DNA of 64,000 nt from an uncultured Phycisphaerales bacterium. Lineage in GTDB: Bacteria > Planctomycetota > Phycisphaerae > Sedimentisphaerales > Anaerobacaceae. Location: assembly GCA_963718665.1 (NCBI GenBank), contig OY970359.1:2432001-2496000 (forward strand), in the 5' to 3' direction. The translations under genes were made by a program, and so were the position numbers. Below the pieces are notes generated by a model. The model searched no databases, was not told the origin of the DNA, and saw only the letters and a program-made list of their open reading frames with translations. This document shows, one piece after another, positions 34,173 through 42,370 of the stretch (its first letter is position 1; each line of letters begins with the position of its first letter).

Positions 34173-34535
34173 TTAGCCTTGGTTGCTCTGAAGGCACGTG
34201 AACAAACAAGCGGTTCCAATCTGACAACCGCCCGTACTACCGGTTGACTCACAACCCGATGGGGGACATCCTTCAGTCTGAAGAGCCGTGAACAAACAAG
34301 CGGTTCCAGGTTGACAACCGCCCGTACTACCGGTTGACTCACAACCCGATGGGGCACATCCTTTAGAAAGATCTTCGCAAGGTTTTACTTTAATTCGTGC
34401 GAGTATGGTTCTGCTCAATTCAATGAAATGGGATCGTTCTTCCGGTGTGGCGTATTGGTAGGCCATCCTCAATTGAGCCCACAGTGGAATTTCTTTGCCC
34501 TCTGCGTCACTCTGTCTTTTCTGATTTTTAGCCAT
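34173..34535 (-). CDS. Putative RiPP precursor: 58-aa leader plus two tandem Cys-rich 30-aa cores
   Basis: Strong RBS GAAAGGAG; 10 Cys; repeats GC[A/P]PSGCESTGSTGGCQ[P/I]GTACLFT; directly upstream of the radical SAM gene on the same strand. Confidence 0.8.
   Translation of the reverse strand: MAKNQKRQSDAEGKEIPLWAQLRMAYQYATPEERSHFIELSRTILARIKVKPCEDLSKGCAPSGCESTGSTGGCQPGTACLFTALQTEGCPPSGCESTGSTGGCQIGTACLFTCLQSNQG
34187..34363. repeat. Tandem duplication with 90-bp period inside the precursor gene
   Basis: 34187-34273 vs 34277-34363: 80/87 identical by manual alignment. Confidence 0.95.
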
Positions 34536-34800
34536 TGCTCTACTCCTTTCGACATAATAGATAGGAACTTAGATTTCATGACAATGCCCACAAGTCAAAT
34601 GCCGTCGTCCCAGTGGTATTAAGAACACCGCACGCTACACGCTCAACTATTAATTTCCCAACCGGGATTTCCCATTTAAATCTGCTCAGCTACGCCTCTT
34701 AGTCTCATTTCCAATAGAACACAGATAAGTAATACTGCGCCTGTTTTGGAACACATAGCCCACCCATGAGGTTTTCCCTCGCTCAATTCAAATATCTCCT

Positions 34801-35843
34801 TGCTTTGTAGAAACCTTTAATTAAAAGTTCTTTATGAAAAGTAAATAGAGAAGCATCAGGTTGTAGGTCAGAACTCTCATGACGCACTCGGTACTGCGAG
34901 ATTCATTCGTTCGGCTACGAAGGGCGTAGCCAAGACGACGTTTCATGCGAGACATAACACTCTCAACTTGCCATCGCTGACCAAACTTACGTTTCGGGAA
35001 GTTATTCTTCATTTGATTTCGGTAATGGCCTGTAAGCTCGCCTTTTTTACCTCGTCGGTTGTTGATAGCGATAATCGTCGAGCGGATGCCGAGATACTGA
35101 CGACAGAATTTATGGTTGGCTTCTGCGTCATATCCTGCATCACCCAAAAGCCGGTCTATAGGCAGATTAGTTACCGCCTGGGAAACTGCCGGCATAAGGT
35201 AGGAACAATCATTGCTGGGACCAGTGCTGACCAAGCCGGCAGCAATCAGATGGCTGGCATTGTGGCAGACAACCGTAAGTTTTGTCCATCGGCGATATTG
35301 CTGGGTATGTTTGCCTTGACGCATTAGAAAATGTCGGCTGACAAACCGGCTTTCCAGCCCCGTCGAATCAATGGATGCCTCGGGGCGTTCCTCGATTAAG
35401 CCATCGCGGCTGGCAATACTGAAAATGGCGGCTAACAGCTTGTCCCAAGCCCTTTTTTTAGCAGACGTTGCTGTGCTTTTTGAAGGGTAGTGTAGTGAGG
35501 AATTTTTGACAACCCAATCGCAGCTCTCAAGTCCGTGAAGTCCGCCAGCAACTGTACAATCCCACGATAGTCGGTTTGAAAAAACTGTCGCAGAGTCAAA
35601 ATGGCGAACAACTGTGCCTGTGTAAAATCGTGGCGTGAGCGATTGGCTGAATATGGCGAGAGTGCCGTTGTGGCTGTCTGAAGTGCCTGCTTTGCCAGCA
35701 TAACAGGTGATTTGGTCATAACTCCGTGTTTGGCCATCGTGGAATCCTTTCCAACGCGGTTTATGGCTGAAACCTAAGTTATTGTTATTATTAACACTTA
35801 TCGCCATGACTAAACCTTATGCTTCAATCTTTTCTACAGAGCA
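34801..35843 (-). mobile_element. Complete insertion sequence (about 1.04 kb, DDE transposase, IS4/IS5-like)
   Basis: Terminal IRs TGCTTTGTAGAAA / TTTCTACAGAGCA (12/13 match); direct repeat ATATCTCCT at 34792-34800 and 35844-35852. Confidence 0.92.
34821..35719 (-). CDS. DDE transposase in two frames joined at an A7 slippery run
   Basis: Frame 1: MTKSP...FTQAQLFAIL...PHYTTL...LLKKG. Frame 2: SIDSTG, LLGDAGYD, RWQVESVMSRMKR. Junction at 35453-35459. Confidence 0.88.
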
Positions 35844-36133
35844 ATATCTCCTGTCATATCTGAACATATTTTTCTCCCAAGCAAGGCACAATTAAATATA
35901 TCATCCTCCACAGGTGTGGGGCCATGTTGCTTTTGTCAGCTTATGCAAGCCACTGAAGTTGTCAAGTAAATTTTGCCACTTTTTGGGATTTATTTTTATT
36001 AACCGTCAACAATTGGGAGCGGGGGACGCCTTTAATTGTGGGGTTTAAGCTGCGGAGGGTTTCTGCGCGATTAACGACCTTGACAGTGAATCCTGTTCCA
36101 ATTCTTTTGTGATGCTCATTTTACGAACGATTT

Positions 36134-36781
36134 TCAGCGGTCTCCGCGATCCCCGCGGTTAATGATTTCTTCTGCTCTTTTGCGCCACTGCTGGGGCCCT
36201 TTTTGCAGAAAATACTCGAACGACTCATCATCCGCCAGTTTCCCCAATATGGCTTTGCGTTCCGATGCGTCTGCTATCTTTTCGATTATGAACCCTCGAA
36301 TTGCCTCAAGCGAAGCCAGAAATTCCCCGTGCTTTTCTGTAAATATATTTTCCAGTTTCTTTCGCAGGTGTCCCGCGTAAGATGGGCAATTTCCATCGGT
36401 TCCTATCGCAATCTGTAAATCCCCTCGCTGCACCACGGCAGGTACATAAAAATCACAAAGCTCAGGCGAATCGACCACGTTGCACAATATCTCCAATTGC
36501 TGGCAATCCTTGTAAATCTGCCTGTTTAACGCCTCATCATTCGTTGCCGCGATGACCAGCGTCGCCCTTCCGATGTAATCCTTTGAATATTTGCTCTCTA
36601 TCAGCTCTGCTGTAGTCCCTGAGCATACTTTGCGAAGCATCTCATCGAGACGCGGGGCCACCACGACTAAGCGTGCGCCGCTGCACAGAATTGTCTCTGC
36701 CTTTCTTGTGGCCACGCTGCCGCCGCCGATGATAACGACTCGCCTGCCGTTCAAATCCAGGAATATCGGATATTTCGCCAT
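36134..36781 (-). CDS. Precorrin-2 dehydrogenase / sirohydrochlorin ferrochelatase (SirC/Met8/CysG N-terminal type)
   Basis: YPIFLDL, IGGGSVATRK and NVVDSPELCDFYVPA motifs. Confidence 0.9.
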   Translation of the reverse strand: MAKYPIFLDLNGRRVVIIGGGSVATRKAETILCSGARLVVVAPRLDEMLRKVCSGTTAELIESKYSKDYIGRATLVIAATNDEALNRQIYKDCQQLEILCNVVDSPELCDFYVPAVVQRGDLQIAIGTDGNCPSYAGHLRKKLENIFTEKHGEFLASLEAIRGFIIEKIADASERKAILGKLADDESFEYFLQKGPQQWRKRAEEIINRGDRGDR

Positions 36782-36850
36782 AACACACCATTATACCGCG
36801 CATACTTCCTAATTGAAATAATTGCCGACCTGTGTTACACTCCTTCGATT

Positions 36851-37378
36851 ATGGCTGTGAAATTAATCAGACCGCCGTTGACGGATGCGATTATCCGCTC
36901 GCTCAAAGCGGGCGACGAGGTCATTATTGCGGGCACAATCTACACCGCCCGCGATATGGCCCATAAGCGTCTTTGTGAGGCGATTAACAAAGGAGCATCG
37001 CTGCCTTTCGATATCAAAGGCGCACTCATCTATTTCTGCGGCCCGACTCCCGCTCCTCCCGGCAGACCAATCGGCTCCGCAGGTCCGACAACCTCCGCAA
37101 GGATGGATGCCTTCAGCCCTACGCTTATCGCCGCAGGCCTCAAGGCGATGCTTGGCAAGGGCTATCGTAATCAGGCCGTCCGCGATGCTCTCAAACAGCA
37201 TTGTGCCATTCACCTTTCAACCATAGGCGGGGCAGGGGCCTTGCTTGCTAAACATATTACCTCCGCCGAGATTATCGCCTACGAAGACCTCGGCACCGAG
37301 GCAATCAGACGGCTCGAAGTTGTCGATTTCCCCGCCATCGTCGCTTACGACTGTTACGGTAATTCCGTTTATAAATGA
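36851..37378 (+). CDS. Fe-S hydro-lyase (class I fumarase/tartrate dehydratase) beta subunit
   Basis: GTIYTARDMAHKR, GPTTSARMD and LGKG motifs. Confidence 0.9.
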   Translation: MAVKLIRPPLTDAIIRSLKAGDEVIIAGTIYTARDMAHKRLCEAINKGASLPFDIKGALIYFCGPTPAPPGRPIGSAGPTTSARMDAFSPTLIAAGLKAMLGKGYRNQAVRDALKQHCAIHLSTIGGAGALLAKHITSAEIIAYEDLGTEAIRRLEVVDFPAIVAYDCYGNSVYK

Positions 37379-38283
37379 ATAACTCCGACGTATATCTGTA
37401 TGGTATGACCGTGCTTTCAACGATTCACCAGTTGAAGGCGAAATTCCCCTTAGCGGATGGCTATCAGGAAATTACCAATACTTTTGTCATCCCTGGCGGC
37501 GAGGCGGCTAACGGCGCTATCGTGTTAAGTAACCTCGGTGTCCCCGTAACGCTTGATGGTCCCTTCCTCGGTGATGCAACCGCCGAACCTCTTTGCTCGT
37601 ATCTGAAAAATCGCAACGTCGATTGTTCCCTTCTGCATCATCACCCCAGCTTCCCCGGCTGGCGAGATATCGTCTTCTGCGATGGCGATACCCGCACCGT
37701 CTTCGGCTGGTTTGTCGATTATTTCTCCGGCGGACACAAATTCTGGAATAAACCAAATGAACAGGCAATCAAATCCGCCAAATGCGTCGCCCTCGACCCA
37801 TTCTTCGGCTCAGAATCCGAAGATGTCGCCAAATTATGCCAGAAAAATCATAAGGATTATGTAACCATCGACAGCCGTTTCGATACCGTTATCGCCAAAG
37901 GCGCAAGGGCGATTGTCTGCTCGCGGGAATTTCTCGACCGCGAATATGCGGGCATCGAACCTCAGGAGTTATTAAAGCAATACCAGTCAAACTGCGCAGG
38001 CCTTATAATTTTCACCTTCGGCAGTCGCACCGTTTTATTTGCCTCCGCGAAAACATCTGTTCAATCATTTCAACCATATCCAATAAAGGTTGTGGACACT
38101 TTGGCCGCAGGCGATACCTTCCGTGCAGGCGTCGTATATGGCATATTGAAGGGCTGGTCCGATTTGGAGGTCGTCCGTTTCGCCTCCGCCACCGCCGCCG
38201 TCTCCTGCCTCCGCTTCCCCTCTGTATATGAACCGCCTACACTTGCCGAGATAACGGATTTGATAAACTCGCGTTTGGATTAA
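37375..38283 (+). CDS. PfkB-family carbohydrate kinase
   Basis: PGGEAANGA and VDTLAAGDTFRAG motifs. Confidence 0.85.
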   Translation: MNNSDVYLYGMTVLSTIHQLKAKFPLADGYQEITNTFVIPGGEAANGAIVLSNLGVPVTLDGPFLGDATAEPLCSYLKNRNVDCSLLHHHPSFPGWRDIVFCDGDTRTVFGWFVDYFSGGHKFWNKPNEQAIKSAKCVALDPFFGSESEDVAKLCQKNHKDYVTIDSRFDTVIAKGARAIVCSREFLDREYAGIEPQELLKQYQSNCAGLIIFTFGSRTVLFASAKTSVQSFQPYPIKVVDTLAAGDTFRAGVVYGILKGWSDLEVVRFASATAAVSCLRFPSVYEPPTLAEITDLINSRLD

Positions 38284-38358
38284 ACACCCTTGTTTTCCAC
38301 CTGTGATTCTCCTATAATCGTCCTTGTCCAAAAATCGTAAAATAAAGGAGATATCCCT

Positions 38359-39399
38359 TTGAAAGTCGCGTTACTTGGTTTGATGCAGTCAGGCAAAAGC
38401 ACCCTCTTTTCCGCAATCAGCGGCAAGGCGATGTTGCCCGCCGGAACTACTAACATCGAGCAGGCAATCATAGCCTCTCCTGATGAACGAATCGAATGGC
38501 TCACTAATTTATACAAGCCAAAGAAAACGGTTCACGCGACAATCGAATGTCTCGATGTCCCCGGCCTCAACTTCTCCGACGACCACGGCCGCGCCGCCGC
38601 AAAACGCCTCATCGACCAGATTCGCATCGTCGATATGATTGCCCTCGTTATCGGCGCGTATGAAAATTCTGCCAACCCCGCCAAAGACCTCATCGACCTC
38701 CGCACCGAGCTGTTGCTTACAGACCTTGCCCTCGTAACGACGCGAATCGAAAAACTCGAAAAGGATGCCCACAAGCCCTCAAAAACCCAGGCCCACGACA
38801 AAGCCGAGCTTGAGCTTCACAAAAAACTCCAGGAGGCAATCGAATCAGAAAAGCCAATCCGCTCAGTAATCACCAGTGAGGCCGAGCTGGAAATGGTGAA
38901 GGCGCTTGGTTTTCTCACCCTCAAGCCGATGGTCGTCGCCGTAAATATAGGCGAAGGCGCACAGGAGCAGAAACTGGAAATCGCCGGCGACGCTTCAACG
39001 CCCATAATCAGTGTCTGCGCAAAGCTCGAATACGAATTGTCGCAACTGGACGCCGAAAGCAAAAAACAGTTTATGTCCGATTTGGGTATCACCGAGTCCG
39101 CCGCGGGCAAATTCGTCCACGCCTGTTTCAAAACGCTCGGCCTGATTAGCTTCCTCACCGTCGGCCCCGACGAAGTCCGCGCCTGGCCCATAAAGCAGGG
39201 CACTACCGCTCTCGACGCCGCCGGCAAAGTCCACTCCGATATCAAACGCGGCTTCATTCGCGCCGAAACATTCGCTTACAGTGATATAAAACAGTTAGGC
39301 GATGAAAAGGCCGTCAAAGCCGCCGGCAAATTCCGCCTCGAAGGCAAGGAATACGTCGTCCGTGATGGCGATATAATCAACTTCCGCTTCAACGTCTGA
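38359..39399 (+). CDS. ychF: YchF-family ATPase (DUF933 C-terminus)
   Basis: GLMQSGKSTL, DVPG, EVRAW, AAGKVHSDIKRGFIRAE and EGKEYVVRDGD motifs. Confidence 0.88.
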   Translation: MKVALLGLMQSGKSTLFSAISGKAMLPAGTTNIEQAIIASPDERIEWLTNLYKPKKTVHATIECLDVPGLNFSDDHGRAAAKRLIDQIRIVDMIALVIGAYENSANPAKDLIDLRTELLLTDLALVTTRIEKLEKDAHKPSKTQAHDKAELELHKKLQEAIESEKPIRSVITSEAELEMVKALGFLTLKPMVVAVNIGEGAQEQKLEIAGDASTPIISVCAKLEYELSQLDAESKKQFMSDLGITESAAGKFVHACFKTLGLISFLTVGPDEVRAWPIKQGTTALDAAGKVHSDIKRGFIRAETFAYSDIKQLGDEKAVKAAGKFRLEGKEYVVRDGDIINFRFNV

Positions 39400-39434
39400 C
39401 CGTCCTCCGTTCTCTGTCTTCTGTCCTCCGTAAC

Positions 39435-39508
39435 TGCGGCTGAAGGGGCTCGAACCCCCAACCTTTGGTTCCGTAGACCAACGCTCTATCCAGTTGAGCT
39501 ACAGCCGC
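39435..39508 (-). tRNA. tRNA-Arg (anticodon ACG), CCA not encoded
   Basis: GCGGCTGTAGCTCAACTGGATAGAGCGTTGGTCTACGGAACCAAAGGTTGGGGGTTCGAGCCCCTTCAGCCGCA folds into a cloverleaf. Confidence 0.96.
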
Positions 39509-39555
39509 TATTGTCGAACATAAAAATCGCCTATAATTCCACGTCCAACACCTTA

Positions 39556-39583
39556 ATTATATGTGTCCGCCCCTGTTTTGCAA
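39556..39583 (-). promoter_or_regulatory. Putative sigma70 promoter of the tRNA
   Basis: TTGCAA-16 nt-TATAAT upstream of the tRNA. Confidence 0.6.
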
Positions 39584-39623
39584 GCAAATTAGGCGGCTGT
39601 CCGCTGGTCGTGATTGTTTGGCG

Positions 39624-41030
39624 TTACCTGTGCCGGTAAAACTCCCAGCCCATATAATTGCCTATTGCCTCGGTAATTGCGTCGGCCTTTTGCGACATAT
39701 TCATTGCCACGTGATGCTCGAAGCCCATCCTGCATATAAACTGCAAAAGGTTCTGCAGATTCGGTATCTTTATCACGCCGTAACCCCCGAATGTGTCGAG
39801 CCGGTCGTTTGTGAACTCGCCTTCGCCCACGTATGCGCTGATAACGCCCGCCGCGTCGTCCGTAGAAGTCCTGCAGAATGTCGCGCTGCCCGGCGCGATT
39901 CTCCCCACTATTGTCCCGTATGTGTTGTCCTTGCCTACCGACCCCGCGATGATTGCCTGGTAATCCATCTGTGCGGATTTGAAAAAGCTCTTCGGCAGGT
40001 TGCTGCAGTGGAACAGCACGCATTTGTCCGGCTCGTCCGCGTAATTGTTGTTCCAGTCCAGCAGCGCGCTCGGCGTCCCTGAAGCTAATTGCAGGATATA
40101 CATCCCCAATAGTCCCGTGATATCGACCTCGCATGCGCTTGGCATCAACGACTCGCTCATCATGCTCATCACCGTGCAGGGCACTATCCCGAAAAATTCC
40201 TCAAGCGACGTCCAGCACTGAATCGCTGTCCCGTCAAGCTCGTTTTCCTTTATCCACTGGTCAACCACGTATCCGAACTTCGCCATTTTCAAAAGCGATT
40301 CAGCCGGAATCGATTCAGTTGATGTGTATTGCTGGATTGCGCCCAGTTTCTTTTTTACGTTCCTGTCGTTGTCGGTAAGCTGTGTGATTCTGCCCACGAT
40401 TTCCGAAAGGTCAATCGTCTCGACCGCTATGCCCGACAATTCCAGAATCTTTTCGCTGTATCGGACGGTGTTGAATGCCCCTGTCCTTGCGCCGATTGCG
40501 CCGAAGCGGGCGTTCTTTAACCCTTTGACAATCCTGCAAACCGACGCGAAATCATCCAGCTCCTGTTTGAACTCCGCCGAAGCAACCCCCATGGTATGGG
40601 TTTTTGTCAGGGTGTACGGTATGCCTGCCTGCTTCAGGTTATTGCAGACGCTCATTTTCCCGCAGAACGAGTCCCGCCTTCGTTCTATCTGCATATTCTC
40701 AGTTGCATCGGGTTCCGCCTGTATCAGAATCGGCACATCGAGCCCCGCGCGTTTTACTGATTCCGCCACGCCTTTTTCATCGCCGAAGTTGGGCAGCGTT
40801 ACTATGATACCGTCGATTTTTTCGCTATTTTTCGCGAATAGTTCCGCGCACTTTTTCGCGTCCGCGTATGTCTCAACCGACCCGTATTTGGTATCCTGCA
40901 TCGACAGAGCGATAGCGCCGAACCCGTTGCTCTTGAGCACTTCGAGAATATCTTTGCGTCCCTGCTTTGCCAGTATATCCGGGAAAAATCCCCTGTTTCC
41001 GACTATTACTCCAAACGTCGTCTTTTGCAT
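39624..41030 (-). CDS. L-fucose/L-arabinose isomerase-family protein
   Basis: LPNFGDE, RRDSFCGK, QCW, CEVD, FHCSN and GFEHHVA motifs. Confidence 0.85.
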   Translation of the reverse strand: MQKTTFGVIVGNRGFFPDILAKQGRKDILEVLKSNGFGAIALSMQDTKYGSVETYADAKKCAELFAKNSEKIDGIIVTLPNFGDEKGVAESVKRAGLDVPILIQAEPDATENMQIERRRDSFCGKMSVCNNLKQAGIPYTLTKTHTMGVASAEFKQELDDFASVCRIVKGLKNARFGAIGARTGAFNTVRYSEKILELSGIAVETIDLSEIVGRITQLTDNDRNVKKKLGAIQQYTSTESIPAESLLKMAKFGYVVDQWIKENELDGTAIQCWTSLEEFFGIVPCTVMSMMSESLMPSACEVDITGLLGMYILQLASGTPSALLDWNNNYADEPDKCVLFHCSNLPKSFFKSAQMDYQAIIAGSVGKDNTYGTIVGRIAPGSATFCRTSTDDAAGVISAYVGEGEFTNDRLDTFGGYGVIKIPNLQNLLQFICRMGFEHHVAMNMSQKADAITEAIGNYMGWEFYRHR

Positions 41031-41314
41031 TTTATATCCTTTCCAGCCGAAGTGTTACTTACAGATTTTAACCTGTTACGCAGACGGTATTATAACACGT
41101 TGGAGTGCGATATTCCACAGACAGAGCTTCAGGATTTTAGGTTGCCGAATGCCGATTTTAGCCGTGAAGAGAACGGTTCCTGCCCTCTTTTCCTTTTCTT
41201 TCTTCAAAATAGTCATCCAAAAAGTTATAGTATCCTTTTAGAAACGGCCATAGATTCGGTCTTTGGCCTGCTGATGAAACTGATGGCGGTTAATAAAGGT
41301 TGGGGTGTTGACGG

Positions 41315-42349
41315 ATGAATAATAAGCAATGGCAGGTGCTTGTAGATGTTATATCAGGCAAAGACGTTAATTTTTTGCCGGTTGGTTTTATAATAGACAG
41401 TCCCTGGCTGCCGGGCTGGGCGCATATTTCGACTCTTGATTATTTCACCAATGATGAGCTTTGGTTCGAGACCAATAAAAAAGCGGTGCAGACTTTCCCG
41501 GAGGTTTTGTTTTTGCCGGGGTTCTGGGCGGAATACGGTATGTGCACGGAACCGTCGGCGTTTGGCGCTAAATGTGTGTGGCATGAAAATGAGCTGCCGT
41601 ACGCGGAAAAGATTATCTGGCAGATTGAGGACATCGACCAGCTGACCGTGCCTGAGCCGGAAAAGTGCGGGCTGGGGCCGTTTGTGCTGAACCGTCTTAA
41701 GCTCAACCGCAGTAAAATTGAGGCGCTCGGACATTCCATAAAGTTTGCCGTATCGCGTGGGCCTTTAAATATCGCGTCTTTTCTTATGGGTACGACGGAG
41801 TTTTTGATGGCCCTGAAGACAGATACCGAAAAGGTTCACAAACTGCTTCGTGTCATTACGGACTTTACGACAAGATGGCTTCGATTACAGAAAGAGACGT
41901 TCGACACAATTGATGGGGTTTTGATACTGGATGATATTGTTGGGTTCTGCGGAGAGCCCGATTTCAAGGAATTCGCGAAGCCATATCTGAAGGAGATATT
42001 CGGCTGTCTGGACGTGTCCGTTAAGTTTTTCCATAATGACGCTGGCGGAAAGGTATGTGCGCCGCATCTTGCGGACATTGGAATCAATATGTTTAACTTC
42101 AGTTTTGAGCACTCATTGGAACAAATGAAGCAGTGGACCGAAGGCAAAGTTGTGTTGGTTGGAAACATACCGCCGAGGGACGTATTGGCACAGGGCAGCT
42201 CCGAGCAAATCGCTGAAAAGGTCAATGAGCAGATGCAGGGGCTGGATGATAAAACCGGGATACTTTTTTCGTGCGGAGGCGGAATGCCTCCGGGCGTATC
42301 TTCCGAAAATATCATGGCTTTTATACAGGCGGTCCGTGCAAATAATTAG
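41315..42349 (+). CDS. Uroporphyrinogen decarboxylase-fold (URO-D/MtaA-CmuA-like) protein
   Basis: RGPLNIA, LDD, FHND, GNIPP and SCGGGMPPGVSSENI motifs. Confidence 0.8.
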   Translation: MNNKQWQVLVDVISGKDVNFLPVGFIIDSPWLPGWAHISTLDYFTNDELWFETNKKAVQTFPEVLFLPGFWAEYGMCTEPSAFGAKCVWHENELPYAEKIIWQIEDIDQLTVPEPEKCGLGPFVLNRLKLNRSKIEALGHSIKFAVSRGPLNIASFLMGTTEFLMALKTDTEKVHKLLRVITDFTTRWLRLQKETFDTIDGVLILDDIVGFCGEPDFKEFAKPYLKEIFGCLDVSVKFFHNDAGGKVCAPHLADIGINMFNFSFEHSLEQMKQWTEGKVVLVGNIPPRDVLAQGSSEQIAEKVNEQMQGLDDKTGILFSCGGGMPPGVSSENIMAFIQAVRANN

Positions 42350-42370
42350 CTCAAACCAGGGGTAATACAA

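Noticed and set aside
34010..34357. Alternative-frame 115-aa ORF with repeats (PHRVVSQPVVRAVV)
   Set aside because: It is a shadow of the 90-bp duplication and has no clear RBS; the Cys-rich frame has a strong RBS and a leader/core layout.
34187..34363. Possible CRISPR array
   Set aside because: Only two contiguous 90-bp units with no spacers, in frame within a CDS, and no cas genes.
34821..35807. 328-aa ORF as the full transposase
   Set aside because: Its N-terminal part is out-of-frame sequence; the transposase-like N-terminus is in the 35432-35719 frame.
34600..35875. A gene interrupted by the IS
   Set aside because: Rejoining the flanks on the minus strand gives only ORFs under 30 codons with no recognisable features.
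30114..37378. rplU without rpmA, and fumarase beta without alpha
   Set aside because: Split arrangements are common and the partners are probably elsewhere; this cannot be assessed from the window.
39400..39508. tRNA-Arg as an island integration site
   Set aside because: No duplicated tRNA 3' end or integrase was seen; the neighbour is the housekeeping gene ychF.
40324..41241. 305-aa plus-strand ORF; similar cases at 19994-20845, 24867-25502 and 50647-51372
   Set aside because: Antisense to confidently identified genes.
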